Shown: in pieces, positions 28,590 to 39,778 of the stretch
How positions within the stretch are numbered: position 1 is the first letter of the stretch
Layout: every line of letters begins with the position of its first letter
From: Trichinella spiralis
Lineage: Eukaryota
Assembly (NCBI RefSeq): GCF_000181795.1
Contig: NW_003526942.1
Span: forward strand, 1-64,000
Reading direction: 5' to 3'
Length of the DNA stretch: 64,000 nt
The notes under the pieces: generated by a model
Database searches by the model: none
Seen by the model: only the letters and a program-made list of their open reading frames with translations
Told to the model about the DNA's origin: nothing
Program-made: the position numbers and the translations under genes

Positions 28590-29151
28590 TTTCAACATCT
28601 GAACAAAACCGACTAGTGCGTTGGTGAACACTTAAATTGCCATCTGTTTTCATTTCCATTTGCAACCTTTCAATGTATATTTTAAGGATAACGAAATATT
28701 TAAATATTCCGCATCAAAAGCAGCGCTTATGATGTAGCTGATCTGTTTGATGTTGTATTTCAAATTACATTTGAACTTGGTTATAAGTGAGCATGGAATT
28801 TGGCAAGAATTTCCATGCACTTATTCATTATTTTATCGTTTAAGTAACTACAGGGAATTTTTTCGGCCAAAATCTTATGCACTTAACCAAGTTCGACTGT
28901 ATTTTATATGAAATATATGAACGTCAAACAGCATTTTTCATACAAACAGCAAACCTCATCGACATGTATAAAAATACATATATGGATGTTTGGTAACAAA
29001 AGAAACTTTGTAAATATTAAAGTAAAATTCTTTAATTGGAAATAAGAAAGATTCAAATAGAACACTCCCAGTAAAATCAAGAAATTCATCAGATGCTAAC
29101 AATTTAGTAGTTGTCACTCTTTGGTTAAGCTTGAAAGCTGCAACTGTGAAC
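28590..29151 (-). repeat. Inverted copy of the 22528-23105 arm, with a MITE end at 28899
   Basis: Reverse-complement match. The spurious ORF MNFLILLGVFYLNLSYFQ occurs on opposite strands at 22593 and 29089. Confidence 0.9.
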
Positions 29152-30296
29152 AATTTGTCAATTGTGTATTTTCCTTTTGTATTAAAATTGCTTTTACCAA
29201 CGTATGTGATGTGACGAGAAACGCGAACAATATTGGACAAAGGCATATTCGTGAAATCATGCGTAAAATTAAGTGAAATTGCGAGCTAACGCGTAACGTT
29301 AGCATTAGTGCCATTTGCAACCCGGAAATTAAAAGTGTTGCTACAACATTCCAGATTTTTCAAACAGATTATTCAGTATCTTGACATTACACCCGGAAGT
29401 TAGCATCTAAATCTTGATAAATTTCAAGAGGAAATAAATTAATTTACAAACAGTCAGAGCGGATTTATATATCAGGAGGGAAATCGATAATAGACCGAAG
29501 AAGAAACAAGGAAGAAGATATGAAGGCTCCTGGCCACCGCTTATTTATATTAGTTTTTTATTCCATTGTATTGTATTATTTAATTTTTTCCTTTTTCGTT
29601 GTTTCCACTTTGTTAATGCCGTTCATTGTTGTTTTTTACTGATGTTGTTAGTGCTGTTGGCTAGTGAAAAATAAAAATCACTATTTAACTTATTTTTTGT
29701 ATTGTTTTTTCTGAATTATTACTATCGCATTTGATATAACGTCACTTTGATACAATAAAATATAGAATAATGATAAAAATTATTTTCCAAAATACTGATA
29801 ATGAAAAAGTATAGACTACACCACAAATAATATATTTAAATAAACAAAATTTCAATGAATGACGAAACTTCAAACAGACGATAAAATTTTGGAATAATAG
29901 TTCCATTTTTTTNNNNNNNNNNGAATGTTTTACCAGTTAGAGAATTGATGAACTGTTTTATAACTTTAATTAAGTCGTAATAGAGTTTATGAGGTAGTAA
30001 AAATTAAAAATTTTCTATTCTTAAATGCCGATCACGATTAAATGTGTTACAATTATTTTTTTGTGAAGTTCTGCCCTGCAACTACAGTGCAACTTACAGT
30101 AATTTTGAAACAATATGCAAGTATACGCTGTATCACAAAATATTTTTCACGAAATAAAAGTACCTAAATCAATTTAACAAAGATGACAATTTGAAAAAAA
30201 ATTATTTTTGTTTTTTTAATTACTTTTCATATTTTACTACGTAGCGTGACTGTTTTAAATTTCAATTGTTTACAATCAATAAGGCTTGATGGAAAT

Positions 30297-30688
30297 TGTT
30301 GTAATTTCTCTTTACAATCCGATTCTCAAGTTCGTCCCGCAATATTCGATATTACGGGAGATCCAAACGGAGGCGGCTGATCTCGCTCAGGCAAGCTAAT
30401 GCTCTTTGCGCAACAGCGAACAAAGTACTGAATATGGAACTTTATTCCAACGATTGAAGTCAATACAGAATATAATAACTGCAAAACAAATGGATAGCTC
30501 GGATAATAACACACAACGATAAGAATAAACGGGAACTCTATCGCACAACAACAAGACACACAAAACGAACTCGCTTTTTTCACTCGCACTCGCTCACTTT
30601 TTTCGTTGATTACGTACACTTCCGCAAAAGCGCCGTTTTACGGTAGCCGATACGGATCTTCAAGCTCAAACAAAATATGTTTTCAACA
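30297..30688 (-). repeat. 3' LTR of the BEL element
   Basis: Direct repeat of 36055-36446 at offset 5758. No differences seen. Confidence 0.95.
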
Positions 30689-30714
30689 GTCTCCCCCCGG
30701 ATGGACGTAGTCCA

Positions 30715-33700
30715 TCACCATGCTTTTGCTGGCTCTAGAAGCACCAGTAACCGACTCGGTCGTGTCAGTACACCCCGTGCGGTTCGGAGTCGGACGGACC
30801 GAACAATGCCGTCACTCCCTGGCAGGAGTTCGGTAATAACTCCCATCTTCCAGCGATTGCGGGGAGCTGTGTCTTCGGTGACAAGCACCAAATCATCGAC
30901 CTCCGGTTGACGGTCGATCTTCTTCCACTTGCCACGAACATTGAGGTTGACCAAATACTCTTCCGTCCACCGTTTCCACAAATGGCGCATCAACAGTTGC
31001 TGGTGCCGCCAACGTCTGCCAAGATGCCTGCCCCCCGTTCCGCTGGGCGTTTCTCCAGAGGAGGTTGGAAGCGCGGCCAGTTCTCTCCCAATAAGGAAGT
31101 GCGCCGGGGTAAGTGGAGCACAGTCCTTTGGGTCTTCGCTCAAGAGTGTGAGCGGCCGGTTGTTAATGCGAGCTTCCAACTCGCACAAGGTGGTCCGGAG
31201 TTCGTCGAAACGAAGCAGGCTTCTTCCTAGCACCTTCCGCAGTGCGTTCTTGACCGACCGAACAAGCCTCTCCCAGTATCCGCCGCTCCAAGGAGCTCTT
31301 TCAGTGGTGTATTTCCACTGAATGCACCTGCAGGCCAACTCGTTCTGAAACTGTTCAATGCGCTTGCCGACGAAAAGCGAGCGGATGAACGCATCTGCCT
31401 GCTTGAATGTTCGGAAGTTATCCGACTGGATCACTTCCGGGGTGCCTCTCCTGGCCACAAAGCGGCGGAACGCGGCGAGAAAACTCGTGGTCGTCATGTC
31501 GGCAACGATCTCAATGTGCACTGCGCGAGTTACCATGCAGGTGAAGAGACAGATGTAGACCTTCCTCACGCCGTGATCTTCATCCCGCACATGTAGTGGC
31601 CCAGCGAAGTCCAATCCTACGTGACTGAAAGGAAACGTCGGTTCCACTCGAGCGACCGGCAGTTCACTCATCAAAGGACAAAACGGACGTCCATCTTGCC
31701 GTCTGCAGATGATGCAAGATCTAATGCATCTTTTCACTGCCTGACGTCCGCGAATCACCCAATAGCGTCGCCGTAAAGCCGCTAGTGTCTGGTTCACACC
31801 CGCATGCAACTCGGACTCGTGGGCTCGTCGCACGATGAGCGCCACAATCGTTCCGTCAGGGGGAAGCAACAACGGGTGTTTATGACACCACGGCAAGGCC
31901 GCGTTGGTCAGTCGACCTCCAACGCGCAGGAGTCCTTCCATGTCCACAAACGGGGAGAGTGAAGCGATTTGACTGTTCTTCGGCCACTCAGTGGAACCGG
32001 ATCCAATTCTGTGAGTCGGAAAGGCTCCGGCTTGGACTTCTCTGACCCACTTCTTCTCTGCCTCTTGCAACTCCAATAGCGTGAGTGAGCTGCTCCCTCT
32101 TCGTTCGCCTCGGGGTCTTCTCGCTTGGTCTACCCATCGCCCACAATATGCGGTGACACGAAGTAGCTTCTCCATTCGGCTGTACCTGGTTGGATCGATC
32201 ACCATTTGTAGCCCGTGCTCTGGCAACGTGGTGGTCAGCGCAACAGTCGTCCTCCTTTCAGGGTCCGTTCCCCTGGCTTCCTCCGGGGAGACAACAATGC
32301 TCAACCGTGGCCATTCACTCTCGGGTTGCTGCAACCAGTCGGGCCCATTCCACCACAAGTGGTCTTTCAGGAGTCTTTCCAAAGTACAACCCCGACTCAG
32401 GCGATCGGCTGGGTTGTCCGCTGTTGGAACATATCTCCATTGGCTCGGCTCAGTGAGTGTGATTATTTCTTGCACACGGTTCGCTACAAATGTTTTCCAC
32501 TTTCGTGGATCTCCTTTGATCCAACTTAGGGCGACAGAACTATCACTCCAACAAACTTGCTTGTCGGTCGAGAAGCCCATTTCCTTCGTGATGTACGCCT
32601 TCAATCGAGCCGCAAGCAAAGACGCCATCAATTCCAGACGCGGAAGACTCAGGCGTTTGATGGGCGCCACACGAGCTTTGGCGAGGACAAAGCGGACTTG
32701 AGGCACTCCATCACGTGCTTGCGTAAGCAGATACGCTACCGCTCCGTATGCAGCTTCAGCGGCGTCTCCAAACACATGCAACTCAGACCTGCCAACTTGA
32801 TCCCGGGGAACAGGGACCAACACACGCTGGACCTGGATGGCAGATAGTTGTTCCAGCTCGTCTTTCCAGCTAATCCACTTACCGTTGATCTCAGCCGGTA
32901 ATGGATCGTCCCATTCGATACCGGTGAGCCAAAGAGCCTGGAACAGCTTCTTTGCTCGGATGGTGTACGGAGCTACACATCCCAATGGATCGAAAACTTT
33001 GGCCGCTAGGCTTACTAGTTGACGTTTGGTATCGTGCCGTCCAAGAGGGATCTCTGCTGGAGGCACAAAAGTCAGAACATCAAGCCGGCGATTCCAGTAC
33101 AGTCCGAGGGTCTTCCAAAGTCGGCTTGTCTCTAGCGGCGACGTTACTTCCACGGGCAAGTCGGAAAGAGCTGCAGTGTCGTTACTGGCCCATTTCTTCA
33201 AAGCAAAACCTCCACTCTTCATGAGGTTGCATAACTGCCGGATTAAAGTCCGGGCCTGCCCAATCCGGTCACAGCTCGTTGCAAGGTCATCCACATACAT
33301 ATCTGACAAAACCTTGTCAGCCAATGCCTTGACCTTGCCATGACTCTGAGCATGGTGTCGGAGCACTCTCATCGCCAGGAATGGGGAACAAGAGAGACCA
33401 AAACCGACCCGAGTCAAGCGATAAATCTGGGCAGGGCTCGTCGAGCCTGCTGCTTGCCAGAGAAACCGGCACACGTCACGATCCTCTGGCCGAAGGCCTA
33501 TCTGCAGGTACATCTTTTCGATGTCAGCCTGGATGCCAATTCTGGAACGACGAAACCGGAGCAATATCGCGACCAAATCGGGCTGTAGTTTCGGTCCAGG
33601 TTCAAGACAGCGATTCAGAGATGCGCCATTCATCTCAGCTGATCCGTCAAAAACCACACGGCATTTCTCTTTCCCCGGGCCGCCTTGGTACACCGCATGG

Positions 33701-35994
33701 TGTGGCAAATACCACGTCCTGCCGATGGGGCCGCTTTCGTCTGAAACCTCTTCTGCCCAACCTTGATCGAGATATGACTGGATGACGTCAGCGTATTCAC
33801 GCTCCTTATCCGGATCTCGCGCCAGTCGATGTCTCAAAGATCTGAGTCTTCTCTTCGCCATTTCCAAGTTGTTTGGAAGTGGCGATGCGCCTGGCTTCCA
33901 CAACAGACCGACTGAATATCTCTGTCCATCAAAGCTGACTGATTCTTCAAACCGGGTCAGCGCTGGCTCAACCTTCGCGTCTTCAGTCGCTGGAAGAATT
34001 CCAAGGGCCTCCACTTCCCAAAATCGTCTCAATAGTCGACTCAGACGATCTTCTGTCTGAGTGAGGAGGGTGGTTTCCTCGTGACCGACTACTTGCCGCG
34101 TTGTTGGTCCACACACAATCCATCCAAAGATGGTCTCAATCGCCACAGGATCATTAGGACCGCCTCTTCTCACGCCTTGACCAAGCACTTGGAAATAAGC
34201 ATCGAGTCCAATAATGATGTGAATCTGAACTCGGCCGGGTGTTATCTCACTTGATGGGAGCGATGGAATCTTATCCTTACAAAACCAAGGCGTCGGTGTG
34301 GCAACGAGATCGTCGCAGAGATTCGGTAAACTGAGGGCCGTCATTTCAATTCCCTCGTTGAATGGCTCCAAACCCTTAGATGGAATAGGGGTGAGACGGA
34401 ATTGAACGCGACGAACATCAGCGATTCTCACGTGGAGACCATTCACGCCTTTCACTGTCATAGCTCTCTTTGGGCCCTGTAAATCCAACTCATCCGCAAC
34501 ATCGTTCCGGATGAGAGATCGCTCTGATCCGGTGTCCAGCAAACAGTTGACCAGCTTCTTTTTCCCTTTCTCTCCGTGCGCCATCGCACGCACGACTGGC
34601 AACCTGATTGCGGTCTGACCTTCAGTTGAAGAGAGGTGGATTCCGACAGGGGTCGTTCCTTCCTCAGATCCATCTTCAACCTTCTCATTCTGATTCCTAG
34701 AAAGCGAAGCTTTTGCTTCCGTGGAATCGGTTCCGTGGCTGCGCGCAGCCAATGAAGCTCGTTTGGTGGGTGCCTTGCCTGCAAGGACAGCGTCTCCCGC
34801 CAATAGAGGATTCCAAAACTGATTGGATTTCCTCTTCTGGCATCTTTCCCTGCGATGTCCTTGAGCCAGGCAAACAAAGCAAAGCTTCAACCGCATTGCC
34901 CAATGCCGTCGCTGCTGAACTGAATAACTTCGGAACCGTGGGCAACAATCCGCCAGATGATCCCCCTTGCAGACGGGACATCCGCCGCCAGATTCCAACT
35001 GAACAGCTGCGGTAGTGAAACGAAGGTCAGGCTTCCGGGTATTGTGTTGAGGCTCCTGTTGATGCCCTTTCGTTGGTGCCTTTGTTCTGCTTCCGATGTC
35101 AGTGTCCTTTATCCTAGCTTGTTCCAACAAGAAAGCTAGAAATACGTCCGAATGTATCTCGTCGTCTTTCTTGTCCTTGACGAAGGTTTTCCATTCAGTC
35201 ACCGTTCCAGACGGCAATTTCCTCTTCAGTGTTGGCAAGATGACGTGAAAACCACTCAGGCCACAGTTGACATCTTTGCCCAAGGCCTTCAGCTCGAGGA
35301 AGTGCCGGTTCAAATCATCGTGGAGCCTGGTCAACTCCCCAGCTCCTTCGTTTGAACACGCCTTCACATTCATCACACTCAGAACGTGACTCTCCACCAC
35401 GTCTGGGAGTCGATAAAATCTGGCCTTCAGAGTCTGCACTACTTCTGGGTAGTTCTCGGCGCAAATGGTAACACCTTCTATTGCCTTCAGAGCTGAACCA
35501 GATAGACACGATCTCAAGTGGAGAAACTTTGTGATGTCGCTGAGACCTTCTCGTTGATGTATACTACTCTCGAACTGATCCCAAAATGATTTGAATTGCA
35601 GAATGTCGCCGTCGAACTTTGGCAGGGGTACACGTGGTGCTTTTACTTGCTCTGCGGCGGACGTCACGCTTGCGATCTGCTTCGGGTTCACCGCTGGTCC
35701 ATTTCCCTTCTCCTTCAAGAAGATCCCAGCCTGGTTGCGTGTCTCGAACACCTCATTAGACAATTCGCGCCATTCACGAAGTGTGGCCTCCAGCGCTTCT
35801 CCATCTGGGAGCGCGTCTTCCAATGCCACCTGAGCTCGGCGAGCTTCAGCATATTGTGCATCTAATGCACTCAGGGCATTCGTGACTGCTATTTCAGGTG
35901 AATCCGTCTCAAGCTGATTCAACACTTGAATGATGGCATCCCGCAGGCGCCTCTGTTCGATCTGCTGACGTCGCTTCGTCGTCTCCAACTTCAT
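30715..35994 (-). CDS. BEL/Pao Gag-Pol polyprotein, 1759 aa
   Basis: Gag (LPKFDGD..FWDQF), Zn knuckles (CPVCKGDH, CFVCLAQGH), protease LLDTGS, RT (YLPHH, ADIEKMY, YVDD), Pao RNase H (LHVFGDA, WSDS, NPAD) and integrase (HAG..CIIC, DFAGP, SDN, WERL). The ORF is uninterrupted. Confidence 0.97.
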   Translation of the reverse strand: MKLETTKRRQQIEQRRLRDAIIQVLNQLETDSPEIAVTNALSALDAQYAEARRAQVALEDALPDGEALEATLREWRELSNEVFETRNQAGIFLKEKGNGPAVNPKQIASVTSAAEQVKAPRVPLPKFDGDILQFKSFWDQFESSIHQREGLSDITKFLHLRSCLSGSALKAIEGVTICAENYPEVVQTLKARFYRLPDVVESHVLSVMNVKACSNEGAGELTRLHDDLNRHFLELKALGKDVNCGLSGFHVILPTLKRKLPSGTVTEWKTFVKDKKDDEIHSDVFLAFLLEQARIKDTDIGSRTKAPTKGHQQEPQHNTRKPDLRFTTAAVQLESGGGCPVCKGDHLADCCPRFRSYSVQQRRHWAMRLKLCFVCLAQGHRRERCQKRKSNQFWNPLLAGDAVLAGKAPTKRASLAARSHGTDSTEAKASLSRNQNEKVEDGSEEGTTPVGIHLSSTEGQTAIRLPVVRAMAHGEKGKKKLVNCLLDTGSERSLIRNDVADELDLQGPKRAMTVKGVNGLHVRIADVRRVQFRLTPIPSKGLEPFNEGIEMTALSLPNLCDDLVATPTPWFCKDKIPSLPSSEITPGRVQIHIIIGLDAYFQVLGQGVRRGGPNDPVAIETIFGWIVCGPTTRQVVGHEETTLLTQTEDRLSRLLRRFWEVEALGILPATEDAKVEPALTRFEESVSFDGQRYSVGLLWKPGASPLPNNLEMAKRRLRSLRHRLARDPDKEREYADVIQSYLDQGWAEEVSDESGPIGRTWYLPHHAVYQGGPGKEKCRVVFDGSAEMNGASLNRCLEPGPKLQPDLVAILLRFRRSRIGIQADIEKMYLQIGLRPEDRDVCRFLWQAAGSTSPAQIYRLTRVGFGLSCSPFLAMRVLRHHAQSHGKVKALADKVLSDMYVDDLATSCDRIGQARTLIRQLCNLMKSGGFALKKWASNDTAALSDLPVEVTSPLETSRLWKTLGLYWNRRLDVLTFVPPAEIPLGRHDTKRQLVSLAAKVFDPLGCVAPYTIRAKKLFQALWLTGIEWDDPLPAEINGKWISWKDELEQLSAIQVQRVLVPVPRDQVGRSELHVFGDAAEAAYGAVAYLLTQARDGVPQVRFVLAKARVAPIKRLSLPRLELMASLLAARLKAYITKEMGFSTDKQVCWSDSSVALSWIKGDPRKWKTFVANRVQEIITLTEPSQWRYVPTADNPADRLSRGCTLERLLKDHLWWNGPDWLQQPESEWPRLSIVVSPEEARGTDPERRTTVALTTTLPEHGLQMVIDPTRYSRMEKLLRVTAYCGRWVDQARRPRGERRGSSSLTLLELQEAEKKWVREVQAGAFPTHRIGSGSTEWPKNSQIASLSPFVDMEGLLRVGGRLTNAALPWCHKHPLLLPPDGTIVALIVRRAHESELHAGVNQTLAALRRRYWVIRGRQAVKRCIRSCIICRRQDGRPFCPLMSELPVARVEPTFPFSHVGLDFAGPLHVRDEDHGVRKVYICLFTCMVTRAVHIEIVADMTTTSFLAAFRRFVARRGTPEVIQSDNFRTFKQADAFIRSLFVGKRIEQFQNELACRCIQWKYTTERAPWSGGYWERLVRSVKNALRKVLGRSLLRFDELRTTLCELEARINNRPLTLLSEDPKDCAPLTPAHFLIGRELAALPTSSGETPSGTGGRHLGRRWRHQQLLMRHLWKRWTEEYLVNLNVRGKWKKIDRQPEVDDLVLVTEDTAPRNRWKMGVITELLPGSDGIVRSVRLRTARGVLTRPSRLLVLLEPAKAW

Positions 35995-36054
35995 CTCGTG
36001 GAATAAAAACCAAAATTTTCAGATTACGGCCTCCCGGCTCGTGGCACCAAGAAA

Positions 36055-36446
36055 TGTTGTAATTTCTCTTTACAATCCGATTCTCAAGTTCGTCCCGCAA
36101 TATTCGATATTACGGGAGATCCAAACGGAGGCGGCTGATCTCGCTCAGGCAAGCTAATGCTCTTTGCGCAACAGCGAACAAAGTACTGAATATGGAACTT
36201 TATTCCAACGATTGAAGTCAATACAGAATATAATAACTGCAAAACAAATGGATAGCTCGGATAATAACACACAACGATAAGAATAAACGGGAACTCTATC
36301 GCACAACAACAAGACACACAAAACGAACTCGCTTTTTTCACTCGCACTCGCTCACTTTTTTCGTTGATTACGTACACTTCCGCAAAAGCGCCGTTTTACG
36401 GTAGCCGATACGGATCTTCAAGCTCAAACAAAATATGTTTTCAACA
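36055..36446 (-). repeat. 5' LTR of the BEL element
   Basis: Direct repeat of 30297-30688, adjacent to the PBS. Confidence 0.95.
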
Positions 36447-38569
36447 GTTGCAAATGCACATGAGAACAGTTGGCAATTTAAATGTTCACCAACGCACTAG
36501 TCGATTTCGTTCAGATGTTGAAATAGAGTTTACAATTTACATCAAATATATAAATAAATTTGTTTTTTGATTTGTAAATAATATTGCAGATTTTTAATTT
36601 TTTATTTAAATAAAATATACGAAGGTTGAAAATTTGAAAGTAAAATTCTTTGATTGCTAACGAGAAAGATTTTGAGAGAACAGTCAGACGGAAAGTAGAA
36701 AAGTATTTAATGCTAACAAATTAGCAGTTGCCATGCCTAGTTTTAGCTGACAACTGCAGCTGTGGAGAATTCATCACTTGTTGATTTTTCCATTGTATTA
36801 CAATCGCCTTTAGCTAATCATCAGAATATTTTCTAACAAACGGAAAAGCATCTAATGCATAAATCTCACATAATTACTAGCTAAAACGTAATTTATCTGA
36901 CAAGCATAGCAACTGCTGGGGTTGACATTTATTTCGAACTGTATTTATCCACTCGGCTTGATAAAAGTAAAGCACTTTAATGATGCTAACAGAAGAAAAG
37001 CAGTAAATGGAACCGACCAGAATAGCTATTTTTTTCATAAGTTTGCTTTTTATCATCTTATTTGTTTACCACCATTGCGCTGCGTCTATATGAACAGCAC
37101 CTCCCTTTTTTATATCAATCAAAAAATTCAGTTTTTTTCTATAAAAATTAAATATGCGATATCATAAAGTTAAGAAAAATTATCAGCCATGCTACCATGA
37201 ATACATAAAATAAAAACAGTGAAACCTTGAATTAGAAAACTTACCATTGATAGAAATCAAATATTTACCAAATGGAACTTCTTAGAGCGACAACCATACA
37301 TTTAAATGTGAAAAAGCAGGCGAAGTTCCCTTTGAGAAATCAGTTCTACACATTATTAAATTATATGAAAAACCTTGAAATTATGCTTTAAACATTGTTT
37401 ACTTAGTTTCTTTACAGTTTTTGACCCACCATGTGTGCCCTCATAATGATTTACCTAATCTGGACATTCACAATCACTTTTTCCATTTTTTCAACGAAGG
37501 CTTTTCTGAGACAGGCTACCAGCATGTATAACTGTAAAATGTTCATTTAATAATAGAATGAAAAAAAGGAAAAGAAATTTTATTGATTTTGAACCTTTGA
37601 ACACATAAAGTTACAAAAGAATACCATAAATCTTTTTTCATTGAATTTGTTTATTTTACAATGATATTGTTCTGTAATGTTTACTTCATAAGACTTAATT
37701 GTAAATTGTAGACTTAATGTAAAAGTTTTAAAAGAAAAATAATACAACCTGTCATTCATATTTTTTGAAAATTTTCCAATGTCAACGGAACCTGCTGATC
37801 AGAACTTGAAGGCGGGGGGACGGTAGTCAACAGTAGGATGTGAGTTGATCCGTTATTTGAGCGTCGGGACGGTGACAAACGTCTTGTGTGTGTGTGTGCT
37901 TTTCACCGATTTAATTGTGAGTAATTTTTTCACGTCATAATTATCTTACTTTGCTTGCACTTTTGTTGAATAAACGCCATTTCACTTCTTGTAAAAACTT
38001 GTAATAATACATGTACATGATAAATTCGTCACGTTCAGAAGCGAACGTGAATCAGATAGCGGTTAGATGACCATTATAGATCTGACCTGCCGCTGAATTA
38101 AACTCGTGAATAGTCCACCAGCTCGCAGGCGACAACGTTTTTCTCGCCAACAACATTTATCTTTGCTTTTGTTTATTTATTCTGAGTGATAGTGTGCTTT
38201 GGATTTGTAAGATTCTGATTTTGCTTGTTATTTGCAATTGTGATTTTTTACTTGAAATTTGATTAATTGTTGAGGAAATTCAAGGAAATTAGTTCAAAAA
38301 TTGCATAAAATTAGTTTTATTTGTTGACGAAATGATGTTGATATTTCGGTAAGACGTATGAGATTATAGCTTTTGACGTCTAATTTTATATGTTCCAAAT
38401 TTTCCGCACAAAGGAATGGAGCAATTCTTTATTTATGCTAGGTATAATTTTTATTTAAATGTTTTTATTGTTGTTATATGGTATGGGTTATTTTAGTTTA
38501 TTTAAATATAAATATGTAATTATATAATGTATGTAATTTATTTTTATTTTAGAGAGACGTATCAAAAAT
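36447..38569 (+). repeat. Duplicated AKR upstream module (copy B)
   Basis: 37633-38569 matches 24553-25490, and 36447-36659 matches 23030-23243. Most of the block matches the reverse complement of 54792-56780. Confidence 0.92.
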
Positions 38570-38780
38570 ATGGAACGAACGATCGTATTGCACAATGGCG
38601 TTAAAATGCCAATAATTGGTTTTGGAACATGGCTGGCATGGATATTGTTGGTCGTTTAGTTGCTGAAAAATGATAACATGTATTTTTTAGTGTAAAGGAA
38701 AATCGCTGAGTGATGCATTGGACATTGCCTTGGAGACTGGCTATCGTCCCATCGACACAGCATATGTATATGAAAACGAA
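38570..38780 (+). CDS. AKR copy B, exon 1 and part of exon 2, cut by an assembly gap
   Basis: Near-identical to 25491-25701. It reads GYRPIDTA instead of GYRHIDTA, close to a contig end. Confidence 0.8.
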
Positions 38781-38790
38781 NNNNNNNNNN

Positions 38791-39255
38791 TGTCGAACGT
38801 AATTTGACTTTCCGCCTTTCATACGAGAAAAGATACAGTTCATAAGGTTCGGCGAGCGAGTGAACTCGTAGTTTCGCTCGCTACACGTCATTTGAGTGCC
38901 ATGATTTGCTACCGCGCTGCCAGTGGGCAGTCGCGGCGCTTAACCACATGGATTCTGCCATCCAGGAACGACTTACTGCCAAGTTGGGAGACGACATAAA
39001 CGACTACGAAACGAGGTGCTGAAAGCAGACCTCAAGAAGATGTTCATCCCGCTGAAGTCAGAGATGTCACTTCGCACGGAGTTCTGTCGTTTGCGCCACG
39101 TCCTGGGGAACCAATCGACGCTTTCGCTATTTGAGTCCAAGAGGCGGGGGAGAGGATCTGAATGACCGATCTGCAAATCGTTGATCGCTTTCGGGAAGGA
39201 ACCAACTGCCTTGCAGTACTGATGGCTCTGCTGGAGAAAAAGTCGACGATGGTCA
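38791..39255 (+). mobile_element. Degenerate retrotransposon gag-like fragment (probably Gypsy)
   Basis: GC-rich, with frameshifted peptides LKADLKKMF..EMSLRTEFCRL..PGEPIDAFA..IVDRFREG resembling retrotransposon capsid sequence. Confidence 0.55.
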
Positions 39256-39778
39256 TTGTTTAGTTACATTTTTGTGATTTGTTCTGTTTTGTTTGTGATG
39301 CAATGTTTTTGCATAATGTGAAGTAAAAATTGTCACCAACCAATGCAGTAGGTCTTGTTATTTGTTGAATTTGGTTTAATGTGGATATTATTTGTGTGTA
39401 TAATTTAAGAATGCTTTTTCAAATTAAGTATTATTTTTTTTTGTTTCAATGGTTTGGTACTACTCGGTCTCGTTTTTCTCTTATTGGTCTTTGCCCTCGC
39501 TGTTTTATTGGACCGTCAAATCTTTGTCGTATTGGTTTTCCATTTTATTGGGCCGTGAAGTGTTGTCGTAATGGGTTTTCCTTGNNNNNNNNNNGCCAGC
39601 AGCAGCAACAACAACAACAACAATAAAAAACAACAGTGAACGGCATTAACAAAATGGAAACAATGAAAAAGCAAGAAAGTAAATAATACAATACAATATA
39701 ATACAAGAAATATATAATACAATACAATACAATACAATACAACACAATACAATACAATTCACCACTTGGAAGGCGGCA

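Larger units (their letters stand above)
30297..36446 (-). mobile_element. Full-length BEL/Pao LTR retrotransposon
   Basis: 392-bp LTRs at 30297-30688 and 36055-36446 (TGTTG...CAACA). The PBS TGGTGCCACGAGCCGGGA follows the 5' LTR and the PPT GGGGGGAGAC precedes the 3' LTR. One long ORF lies between them. Confidence 0.97.

Noticed and set aside
30677..35865. Many plus-strand and alternate-frame ORFs inside the BEL element
   Set aside because: These are shadow ORFs of a GC-rich coding sequence with no recognisable domains.
38745..38755. His-to-Pro change next to the catalytic Asp in AKR copy B
   Set aside because: It is a single base about 30 nt from a contig end and could be sequencing error.
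39685..39756. (CAATA)n array suggesting a regular repeat system
   Set aside because: It is a simple microsatellite in the MULE 3' region, with a similar tract near 60030-60110. It has no spacers and is not CRISPR-like.
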